DNA of 64,000 nt, taken from positions 10,882,741 to 10,946,740 of the forward strand of contig OZ037768.1 of assembly GCA_964035545.1 (NCBI GenBank), written 5' to 3'. This DNA is from Bugula neritina. Its lineage: Eukaryota; Animalia; Bryozoa. Positions 36,001 through 48,800 of the stretch are shown here, in pieces. How positions within the stretch are numbered: the stretch's first letter is position 1; each line of letters opens with the position of its first letter. A program made the position numbers and the translations under genes. The notes beneath the pieces were generated by a model. The model saw only the letters and a list, made by a program, of their open reading frames with translations, was not told where the DNA came from and ran no database searches.

Positions 36001-39000
36001 CTTCACCTGTGCAAGAACCAAGCATATAATGCTCAATTTGATATAAATAGCCTGATATTATAGGTACTGTTATTATAGTTATTTTATTCCTACCTTCTCC
36101 TTCACTATCAGCTTCATGGCCATCTTTCACTCTCACAGATTTCCCCTTGCCTTTACCACCCCAACTGTAAATAAGATATCAGATAATAGATATAGTTATT
36201 AAATGCAAGAACCACAAACTGTGAGGCAGCATTGGTCATGTGTAACCATATTTTTATATTTTATAACCATATTTTAAAGTTGCTTTAACGGAGCATGCCG
36301 TGAGGATAATATTTTGCTTTCAAGTTATGTTTAGTATACCCACAATCCAAAAATCTGCATACTCTACACGCACGCACACACAGTTTGCACACTGCACATC
36401 CACACTACACACACCATTATGGATATATAAAGTGATTAACGTACGAGTCATGACCAGGGCCTAGACCCCTGTTATCTGCTTTTCCTTTCTTGAACCTTTC
36501 CCCTCCTTTTTCATATGTCACCATACTCTTATATTTTTCTTTGAATGCCTCTGGATCTTTATCATATTCATCAGAGTCCCAGTCTAGTCCTTCAGCCAGT
36601 GCCCTCTGCTTTCTCAACTCCTTTTTATTTCTATAAATTAGTATTTATTTTGTGATTGCCAAACTATATTTTGGCAATTTTTCTCTCAGTAAAAATGGCA
36701 CTTTTTATAAAAGCAACATTTATTTATATTAGTCCTATATATTGCTTATATGTGCCAAACTTCTGTGTTGTAAAACTGTTAGCTTTTTGCACCCAAAATT
36801 ATTGTTCTTAAAGTACTCTTCATTTAGGTAAGTCTCAAAAATCTTAACCAGTATTTATATCTATATCATATTAAATACTTCAATATATCATACATAATCA
36901 ATCATTGTCTATACTTCACATACTTGTTGTGTTGTGCCATTATCTCATCATATTTATCACCATATTTCTCCCTCCTTCGCCGCTCTCGCTCTTCCTGTCT
37001 GAGTTTCTTCTTAGCTAAGTATTCTCTCCGTTCTTCTTCCGTCATTGCTTCTAGATCTGGCTCGTCTTCAGTGTCTGTTGACCTATCACTAAAATACGAA
37101 AATTTGAATCATTATAACTCATAGATAATTTTGTTTTTGTTTACAGTATATTTTTATTTAAATAATGTGTCTTATATTGTCATTTCTAAAGATAGTAATC
37201 GTGGTCTAGATTTAGAGTGTTGGCTTAGTAAACTATGTTCATGGGTTCAAATCCCAGTAGACGCCATTGGTGATGTTAGGAAGAGCATTCAGTCATAATT
37301 GCTCCTTTGCCACATATGAACAAGTTCTTTGTCTGAATTAACAAAACCCCTTTCAATAAGGCTTTCTTACAGGGATAATGACTATAAACTTGCGTGCGAT
37401 TTTTTTAGCATTTGATGTTAAATTACTATTAATTGCACTGCACCCTATGTACAATTCCATTACATACTACAATTAAAAATAATTGTTTCCTAGCATTTTT
37501 TCATGTTCAATTTTTGTGACGGCAATAACACATATTTATGAATGTGCGAACTATATACCTAAATCCACCCTCAAAATCCTTTCGAGTTTTGCCCAGTTTT
37601 CCTTTTTTGCCACCAGCTAAACCTCGTTTCACTTTTGGAGGCTTTTTTCTGTATCGTTTATTGCCATCAGCATCATAGTAGCTTTCATAACTCGAACCGC
37701 TATCTGTAAAAATTTAATAATTCAATATTTAATTCATCCATATAAAAGACTATATACAATAATTAAAGATTGAAATTTTTTTCAAAAAAAGACGAAGGTA
37801 GATGCATGAAAACCGTTCTTTTATATAAGTTTAAACTCGAAGTATTGTAGCTCTAAAACAAATATAAATTGGCTTGTAACAATCCGCAAATTGGTTGGTG
37901 AATCTCAATGTGATAATATAGTCCAATGTGTTGAATATTACAGTAATTAGCATTTACTGAGCAATTTATAATGTAGTCTTAAAATTTTATTGTATCGATA
38001 TTTCTTTGTTATTCAACATGTTTAAGTTTTACCCGAGCATCTGTGTATAATATTATCTTCTCAGCTGGTACTTCAGTTAGAATGTTTTGTATTTTAAAAG
38101 AGTTATGAAGATGGTTTAATTTTTCATAATCTAGTAATGTAACTTATTATAAATAATATCATTGCATTATATAAATTATATTACGATATACAACAGGGAA
38201 TACAGCATGTAACTTTTTTACACCAATATAGTATACCTTCATATAGTATGACAAAGCCCAGATGTTAAGTCTGCTTCAACAAACCAGACATTAAGTTATA
38301 CAGTATTAGTGTAACTATATTACGAATCTGGCAGAGGAACTTACCTGAACTGTCATGATACTTTGCAGAGCCATAGCCAATAATGTTACCATCAGCATCT
38401 CTAATTCTTTTCTTTTTCTTCTTTGTTCTTGTACCACCAGCACTAACCTCGCTGAAGTAGCTAATGAAAAAAACGATAAACCAATAGAGTTTACAAAAGA
38501 ATGAACCATACAAATCAAATCATAATACAGATACTGGAACTTTACTTTCCCATGACATCACTTCCTCAACCCATCAATATATACGCCTATGCAATACCCA
38601 TATAAACTGTAAGACTAGCTTTAAATATTGTTGGCATCTGATCTAGTAACTACCTTTTAGGACAGACTATTTAACTAATGAAACACCGAGAAGTCCATGC
38701 TGTGCAGTTCAGTTGCAGACTTATGTATATGGCAAATACCTTAAAGGGTTTTATTATAAATAACCTAACTTGCAGCCTAATTTTGTAGCATAGTTGTTTC
38801 TATGTTGTCAACTCATTATACCAATCAGTGTCGGGCTACCATTTTCATGTAAGCTGTTTATCAATCAATTAGTTCCACATTGTCAATGCACTTACTCATT
38901 CCTATGTTTTACTTATTGTTTAGTTACCATCTAATGTTCTATAAATATAGTCATAACAACTAAGTCTACATTATATTATTTACGACATAAACAACAACAT

Positions 39001-42000
39001 AATCGTGTAAAATCTCTACCTGTACTCGCTATCACTCCCATGTCTCTTCTTTTTCTTTTTCTTTTTTTCTGCTCTTCTCATGGCTATACTCTCATCACTG
39101 TGGTACTCCTCATCTGTACCATATGTGCCATCCGCATTTCTCCTGCGTCTCCTAACTCTCCGAGTGCCCCCAGCACTGACTACGCTGTTATAATATTACA
39201 TGAAGGTTTAAGTTAAATTAAAACTTACACTAATGATCTTGAATATTTGGTAATGAACTCCAATATACAACTAACACAGTTTGTATGTTTCATAAAATAA
39301 AATTTTTGTTAGAAACTCACTCTAAATTATCATAAAGCAAAGGGTTATTTATAAGCTGTAATCATAAATTGGACATCTATTATATTAAAATTTAATGATA
39401 CATAACAACTGTTAAAGAAATTGATAAATTAACTTAGTGTATGCCAACAATGCTGTATTTTAATTTTTCAAGCCACTTCTTACAAGTAAATAATTTTGAC
39501 AATGTAAAGTAATTATTTATTCATGCAAAATATATATTATTTTAAAAATTGCTGGTTTTTGCTAAATGTGATCTGTAACAAACCTATAGTAACTATGGGC
39601 ACTATCAGGGCCATGCTTTCTCTCTCTCCTTCGACGTCTTCTGCGAGCTTTACCCTCCTCGTCGTCTGAGCTGTGAAACGAATGCTCTGCAGAATACGTA
39701 CCATCAGCTCTCTTTCTTCTTCGAAGCACTTTTCTTGTACCTCCAGCACTCACTACACTCCGATAACTTCAATAGATAAATATACACATGTTTTATTAGT
39801 AAGAGATAATTTCTTAGAAAATCAATGAAAGCTGTCATACACCATAGATAACTTAAAAATACACGAATATATAAAACTTTATACTAGCTGTAATTGCATA
39901 CTCCTGTGAAAATTAAAACTGCACTGTAATTCTTAAATAGCAATTAAAATTATAGAATATAAAAAAGCAAGAATTTGGATATGATTTTCTTTAAAAGAAT
40001 CCATCACTTTGTTGACTTACATTTGTTCTTCTATAGAGCTACTAGCTGTATTATCATTTATCAGTGGAAAGAATAACACTCAACATGGATTGAGTCAAAG
40101 CACCTTGCTGTAACTCATAAGTCATACCTATAATCAGAATCTGAGCCCTTGTTTCTCTTTCCTTCTTTCATAGCTTTGTACTTCTTAATTTGTTCCGTTG
40201 TTGGCCCATCATCGCTGTCGCTGCCGCCACCTTTCTTCCCTTTACCTTTCGGACCTTTTCCTTTCTTGTATTTGATTTTACCACCAGCAAGGACGGCATC
40301 TAAGTCCTCAAAATCATCAGCTTTCCCTAGTTTTCTGTAAGCAGGCAGTGTCTATTTACCAACCACGCCTACGTCGTTTGTTAACATTACAAACTGTTCT
40401 CTCTATATTACATTGCTGCCTGCTTAATAGTTTGCATTGGTATCTGATATGTAATATTTATCACTCTAACGTAATGCCATTGTAGTGTTATATAAATTCA
40501 CATTACTGCAGTTATAGTGCACAGAATCTTGTGTAACCCAACAGTTAAGAAAATGTTAAAGGTTTTAGTGTCTTGAAGAGTGGTCATAGCCATAAACTTA
40601 CTTTTTTAACTTCTTTCCTGTTTTAGGGTCAATAATTATTTCATACACATTGCCATCTTTGTCAACTATCCGTTCACCTGTTTATAAAAAATTAAATTAA
40701 TAAGAAAGGAGTCTGGTGATAAAATACATTACTTTGAAGGCTATTTCTGGAATGTTTATTGTAAAACATGTATAAAATTTAAGAGTTGCTTTGTTAAATG
40801 AAATGACAATATGCACTGTAGAGGTGTGTGAACATATAAAAACCATTCAATTTGCAATAAATGACACCTAAAACTAGACAAATTTAGAGCACACTAAAAT
40901 ATCTACCTAATAATAATAATATCAATATACGCAGTTTCATTATATTATATAAAACATGCTTTAGCACAAAAACAAAGCACTGAAACTATCATCTAAGTTA
41001 ATATGAGTAAATAGAATTTGAATATGTCCGCATAACCATCCTGCTTACCAACTTTGGCTTTCTTCACCTGCTCATCATCTGAGTCTGGTTCATACACGGT
41101 ACTCGCTTTCTCCCACGCCTCTATCTCCTCGCCGTCTTCCAGCTTCATAAACTTCTTAAGGAAGTTCTTGTCTCCTCCACTTGCTTGAAACGCCTTGTAT
41201 TCCTCTTCTGTCATCATTATAGTTTTCTCAATCTATAATTGTTTCATAGTCAATCTAGAAATTCAGCATACGGCTTGAAAAACGTATTATTGTTAATAAT
41301 TTGTCACGTTTATTCCGCAATAGAATTTTGCCAAAATATTTTGATTTAGTCAAGATCAATGTATACAAATATGTTTAAACTATAGGTTAAAATTGTGAAA
41401 TTGTTTAACAAAATTTGAAGCTTGGTGCTTGGTGCTTGATAAAATTATATTCTTTACTGAAATGTGATTTTTCATAAGCTCATGATAAATATGAGAGGGG
41501 GCAACTCTTACCAGTCTGCCGCTCTTGGTTCGCACCATAGTCTTCACAACTTTCATCGCTTTAGGAACTGCTTCTACCTTTTTCCATCCTTCTACCTTTT
41601 CATCTTTTCCCATATATTTGTTAAGGACTGAAGCTGGATCCCCGCCCTCTCTTGCTATTCGCTGCAACTCATCATATTCTTCTTTACTTACCATAATTGT
41701 CTTCTCTATCAGCCTCCCACTCTTGGTTCTAACTATTGTCTTCACCTTTCAATGACACATGGTTATGCAATAGAAATTCTAACATCAAATCATCACATTG
41801 ACAGGTATTTGTAGGAATTTATCCCCTTGCATAATATATATTCTAGATAATGGCTATACAGGAAAAATACAACACTTTTTCTTTTAGCTTGATACTTACC
41901 AGTTTCATTTCTGCCTCTCCCCAGCCGTCTAGCCTTTCTCCATCTTCAGTTTTAACATACTTCTTGAGTACATCCATTACAGCCTGCGCATCCATCTCAC

Positions 42001-45000
42001 CGGACTTTATTTTGTCATAGTCACTCTTACTAACATAGACTAGCTGTTCTTTTAACCTCCCAGATTTTGTACGAATGTAGGTTTTTATTGCTTTAACCTA
42101 AAATAGAGATGCCATAGTATAAAATTTAGAGGTGAACAACTTCTTTTGTTTGAGAGCCAAGTTCAGAAGTCACCCAAAACAAAGGGCTGCGTGATTTTAC
42201 AGATATTAGATTTTATTATGAAAAAGTAATTTGTCATTATAGGTCTAAACCTATACTGTGCTAATCAGAATGCATATAGCAGCTTTTACTTATCTTGAGC
42301 ATTAAAAGGGCCACAGGCAGCCCTGGGGCCCTTAGTTGCCCACCCCACAATAACATAATCTACATGAAGGTCATGTTGTTATACAAAGTGTGTTTTCTGT
42401 CTGTATCTATAGTTCCATGGTAATGAAAAGTTGAGAACGGGAAACCTGCTGGTGTGAGTAGACAAATCCGAAAGATTACACAACAATCAGATCCAACCCA
42501 ATCAAATTCTTTCACAATATTGGCTTTAACCAATTAATTACACATAACAAAGAACACACACAAAAGTATGTTTTCCAGCCTACCAGGTAAATTAAATACT
42601 ATTATTGAAAGCTTTGAGTAGAATTAAATGCAACCTATTAACAATAATTCACATTTTAGAGCGAAAATAGAAAATAAATTAAGGTCATTAATTTAAAATT
42701 AAAATGATTTTTATTGCAAAATGCTGAATTTTGTTGAGGGGTCACAGCAGTTTGTATGACATGCAATATATCTCTAGACTGTTAGCTTAGTAGAGTTATA
42801 AGGAACATACTTATAAATAATATATAATTTAATGATTATAAAGGAAGTGATCATATCTGCATTACATGATACTATGCCTTCTTATCTAGTGAAGTAAATT
42901 ATAAGTATTAGAGTTGTCTACCTCTTCTTTGTCCCACGATTCCAACTGCTCAGCTTCCTCTTTACTCAGGTACTTTTTGATGAGATCTTCCGCTGTGCCA
43001 CCACCTTCTATAAACTTGTTATAATCATCTTCGGACATAAATATGATTTTCTCTACAAGTCTGCCACTTTTTGTTCTAATATATGTCTTGACTGCTCTCA
43101 CAGCTACAAAAGAATATTTGTTAGGTTACAGTTTAGAACTTATTTGATGGAGCATCTTTTTGTTGGGACATAGAAATGCATGAACGTCATTTTCACATTA
43201 AACTAATATGGTAATAGATTTATCACGTAGATGTAATATAGGGAACACATGTTACGGAATGAAGGACAATGAAGGTGAAATAGAAAACTCTGAGGAAAAG
43301 AGAACTCTGAATGGGAAGGTCATGTTCAAAACTTAGAGAAACCAATGATGCTCACTCACTCTGAAGAAAAAATGATAAGAACAAATAGGCTTAGTGTGTG
43401 GTGGGAAGTTATATATGATGAAGGGGTAACAAACTCAAAAGGAATCTTAGGACCACAGGCAAACAATTGACAACCTCCATCTGTTGAGTTTTGTATGGCA
43501 TTTGTAATGCCCGAAACAGTGGGATATTCTTCTGATTGACTCACTGGTGTGTAACCTGTAATTGGAGAGTATCACTACCATGAATATATGTATCAGTACT
43601 ATGTACAGTATCAGTACTATGCACAGTATCAGTACTATGTACAGTATCAGTACTATGTACAGTATCAGTACTATGTACAGTATCAGTACTATGTACAGTA
43701 TCAGTACTATGCACAGTATCAGTACTATGTACAGTATCAGTACTATGTACAGTATCAGTACTATGTACAGTATCAGTACTATGTACAGTATCAGTACTAT
43801 GTACAGTATCAGTACCATGAATATAGTATCAGTACTATGCACAGTATCAGTACTATGTACAGTATCAGTACTATGTACAGTATCAGTACCATGAATATAG
43901 TATCAGTACTATGCACAGTATCAGTACTATGTACAGTATCAGTACTATGTACAGTATCAGTACTATGTACAGTATCAGTACTATGTACAGTATCAGTACC
44001 ATGAATATAGTATCAGTACTATGCACAGTATCAGTACTATGTACAGTATCAGTACTATGTACAGTATCAGTACTATGCACAGTATCAGTACTATGCACAG
44101 TATCAGTACTATGTACAGTATCAGTACTATGTACAGTATCAGTACTATGTACAGTATCAGTACTATGTACAGTATCAGTACTATGTACAGTATCAGTACT
44201 ATGCACAGTATCAGTACTATGTACAGTATCAGTACTATGTACAGTATCAGTACTATGTACAGTATCAGTACTATGCACAGTATCAGTACTATGCACAGTA
44301 TCAGTACTATGTACAGTATCAGTACTATGTACAGTATCAGTACTATGTATAATATTAGTACTATGTACAGTATCAGTACTATGTACAGTATCAGTACTAT
44401 GTATAATATTAGTACTATGTACAGTATCAGTACTATGCACAGTATCAGTACTATGTATAGTATCAGTACTATGTACAGTATCAGTACTATGTACAGTATC
44501 AGTACTATGCACAGCATCAGTACTATGTATAGTATCAGTATTATGTATAGTATCAGTACTGTAAACAAAACTATAAAATTGCATTACAATACCACAAACA
44601 CTAAGTAACAATTGACATATCTCAGTAACATACTATAGTAACTAGTGCTGAAACAGTTCTGCAAAAAAGACATTATGTAGTATCTTAACACAACAGCTCA
44701 CTCTAATTTCCACTTTTTAAAAACATTATAACGTTTAGCATCATCATGCCATATCTGGTTAATGACTATATTTATATTTCAAGTTTTGTGTCTGACATTT
44801 AGCCGACATGATGCATGTACTTGTTAACCTGTTTTGGTTGGCTGCGAAGGAAAGATTGGAGGTAGGGTTGACACACTGGAACTGTAAACCCTGTTTGAAG
44901 AAGAGACCAAAGTATTGGAAGACAACTGCCTTGTGAAAGACAGAGGTCTTGTGGAAACAGAGGAGTTGAGAGACAGACCAAAAGGTAAGACCTGAGTAGA

Positions 45001-45837
45001 AGTGTTAGTAAGGGCACAATCTATGTACTGGGTTTGAGTGTTAGCAATGTCTACAGAGGCAGGAGTGTGAACATTGTTGCTGATAACACATCTGAATTCT
45101 AAAATAAAAAGAATGTTAGCCAAATAAATATAAATATCAATTTAAAGTAGCAGTTTATGTAAATATTCACAAATCCTTAGTGCAAATTTTATCTTTATAG
45201 CAAATGGTTACATTTATTGCCCAACATATATACAGTAAATCAATGGTAATATGTGTAAATATACAAACGTGCTGATAACAGCATGTAACATTAGAACAAC
45301 TGCAAATGGGAAACTGATTGTAAGCTGACTGTGAGTCTTACAATAAATAAAATATATCAGTGAAGGTGTAGGTAAACAGAAATAACATGGGAGCAAAGTT
45401 CATGCCTATTGTGTATACAGTAGGTATATTATTAGTTTAACAGCTTCTAATTATGAAATGCTCAATATGAAGTAATTGTTCTCCCATTAGGCAAAGTGTT
45501 AAGTGGCTTTTTCTAAAGATTATAAAGACAATACAGGTTTGGGTACTTCTTTTATACTACTCAATACACATTTGACGGAATGTCAAATGAAAGCAAACAA
45601 ACTTAGTAGCTTAGGCCTTTGACAGCTAAACATAGGTTATTGGATTGTTATTATAAAAAAGCCAACAATTAAACACCCACAGCACAGTTTAAGTGACAAG
45701 CAAAAACAGGTGTTACGTCATTATGATAATCGTAGAAAAATCTTTTAATTTCACCCCCTCTCATTCAAAAAGAAAAGAACACAATTTGAAAAGAAATGAA
45801 AAATATTAAAGTTACAACATTAGGTTATAAATGTACA

Positions 45838-45876
<39 letters not shown>

Positions 45877-48800
45877 CCAACAGCAGCAGCAACAAACTAT
45901 AAAGAGTAATCACAAAAATTTGTCTATTACCAGGGGAGCTTCCCAGAGCAGAATCACTAGCCCCTGGTGGGAGGGGCTTGCCATCTTTGTCTGTAAAGTG
46001 TGCCAACAGTGAACAGATGCAAGATGTGTGTGCATTGTGCTGATAAATTGTTAGTCAGCATGGTATGTTACAGTTTACAAATAATCATCACAAGACTGGA
46101 ATCATTAGTTGTGCTTTAAAGAAAACACGCAGATGTGCCTGAAAATCATTCATATTTTATGATGCAGTAATAATTAAAGTTTAGGGCCACAATATACATA
46201 CATTACAAATTACGCTATGTCATAATATAATATTGTATTTTTTAATAACAATTAATAAATCTAATTGTTTTCTATAGGTAATGTTAAATATGCAAACTGC
46301 AGAAGTATGCACAGCTATGTGGTATCGTGTGTAGCCTACGGAGTGTTTCTACAACTACCTTTAAGAATTTGCTAGTTTCTGCTAGCATTGCTTATCTAGA
46401 ATATGCTGCCACTTTAGAAATACATACATGCTTCATGAATAGCGGCCAGTCGTTTCATGTTAAGAGCGTTTCGGTCTAGCTCGGCCTGTATTTCCTCTAG
46501 CATAGCTTTGAGATACGAGTAGCTATGTCTGTATCCACCCCCAACCCTGATGTATTTGTGGGCTTCACATCTTTTATGAACAACTCCCAGCATGCACTTG
46601 ATGCATAGTGCTGAGCCAAGCTGTGTGGTATATATAACATTTATGTGAAAATTTCACCATTCGCTACTTTTTCAAGTTTCAAGAATAGATTTTTAATCGG
46701 TCATGCAAACCATAAGCTCATCAAGTTCATCGTACAGCATCCATTACATAATAACCTAATTTAATAATTTGAAGCAATAAAAATGAAAATGACATATTAC
46801 TACAGTAGAACATATGCATGAATCAGTGGTTACAGTATCACCAATTTTCACTGTCACCGCAATTAATGTTTTCTGTCAGAGGATAAAAACCAATCATTGT
46901 GAGTTTAAGCAGATGGATATTTTAATATGCAAAGAGAGTTTTCCTCTATTGCTCTGCTATCTGGTAATAATAAAAGAAATTGATCTGCTAGGCCCATTTG
47001 TAGAAAACTGATCAGGCACTTTTAGCCGCAAATTTACTAAAATGTTGACAATGCAAGGAAACTTTTTAAATAAATTCCAATCTGTGTTGTTTTGAGATAA
47101 TTTAACACGGTAAGACAAATCAAACAAAACCCATAAATACAATACAAGAAACAAAACAACATTAAAACATAACTGGCTATAGATTAAGCAAATGGCAAGA
47201 TCATTTGAATTCAAAGTTAAGGGTTATAATATTACAATCTATACAATAGTAAGTTATACACTTATATTTATCGCAATAAATATGATCTAGTAATGTATTC
47301 TCCTTTGACGAAAGTAGTAAGTAATAAGTTGACCAGTTGGTAGGTTTAGAGCTGAGTGTCTTTGCTATCAAATGAGCTGCACTTAAAGCTGGCTTTTAAC
47401 TTGTACATTTCAACAATACCTTGCAGATTATCAGCACTTTAAATTTATTCTATTATTATAACTACTCAGTTAAGCTGAAATCTTGAAAGGGCATTATATA
47501 CCCTTATCTAGCTTGAGCTAGTGTTATAGGTCATCAGCATTGCACTTAGAAGGGTATGTTTTCATGTTTTTATGATCAGAAATTTTTGAACTGATCAAGC
47601 ATGCAGATTTTAATTGGCAGTTTGCTAACCTGTAAATCTAGGATAATAATTTGCATAAAGCTATTATGAATGCCGAATGAAAATGACCCAATACCTGTTC
47701 GGCAGCTGCTGCTTGTAAATTGCAATTGATGCGTACTATTAGTGGTGATTTAAACCTAGAGCTTTTGAACATAGTGCTTTACTAGACAATAGCGACAAAC
47801 CTATTTTTGTGATATCAACACTGGGCTATTTTTATGCTGATTGTATAACTCAAATAAATATATTTCTGCAGAAATTATATACCCACAGCATCACAAACTA
47901 CATTATATGGTATATAAATATTGTAACCATAATAAATAAAATTGCTAGCATATACTCTAGATTGCTAGTATGCAGTATTGAAATTTCAAATTGTTTCAAT
48001 ATTACTTTTGCATTCTACAAATTGTCAGTAGTGATGAGTAGAACACCAGCAATAAAAGAGATCCACCAAAACATTAAAACATTACAACATGTATGATTAT
48101 AAAATAAAATACTACATAATATAATATATCGCAATATAATGCAGGTAATGGCCTATAATAGAGTATTAATAATACAGTTAAACTATACTCACCGGTCTAT
48201 GACTTCGAGCTGAATTAAGCTGCGAGTACCTAGTTGATATATCCTACAACACCAAAGGTGCATATTATTGTGTATGTCATGTTTATATACTGGACAGTTT
48301 TACAAAAACAGATATAGTCAGCGATCTAAAATACTTCATGCTGTAGCTACGAGGTACTGTGCACGGGAACATAGTATTATAAAAATGTTGATACGTGGTT
48401 AACAACTTTGTTTTAATATGCACAAGGCATTATCATTTTAGTAGAAAGTACTTTTTGTGCCAATCTCAAATGGAAATAAATTATCAAGCTGTTAGCTATA
48501 CGGTAAAGAAGGAGCATTCAGGCTTGATGCATATAATATTAAAACAATAATTAATTAATTGTCAGTTGTCTAAAATATATATGTGGATAATATTTTTAAA
48601 ATGTGAAATAGTTTAAAATGTGGCAAATTGCCATGGATAGAAAAAGTGTTAGTTCCCCTCTTAATTTTTTTTTCAATTAGTACAGTAATTCTTTCAAGCC
48701 TTATCATATTTCTCGGACTGACACTTCAACTGAGAGTAGTAATGTAATATGCTGTCACCAGTGTGCTACATGTTGTGAAATTATAATCACATAAATATTT

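Noticed and set aside
37200-37265. Possible tRNA-Thr gene
   Set aside because: Stems are degenerate and the sequence continues into a body shared with 52364-52580, so it is a SINE head.
43570-44560. Possible CRISPR-like array (also considered for 10729-10946)
   Set aside because: Head-to-tail repeats with no unique spacers, no cas genes, and a eukaryotic intronic context.
43447-44611. Long ORFs in five frames (HSTDTV, ISTMYS, VSVLCT, YQYYVQ, LILYIV repeats), mucin-like appearance
   Set aside because: Artefact of an 18-bp unit that lacks stops in most frames; 20-bp variant units shift the frame, and the nearby acceptor phase does not fit the host gene.
45812-45930. Poly-Leu transmembrane-like tail in ORF 45812-46006
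   Set aside because: Lies past the splice donor at 45930; it is an intronic (CAG)n repeat.
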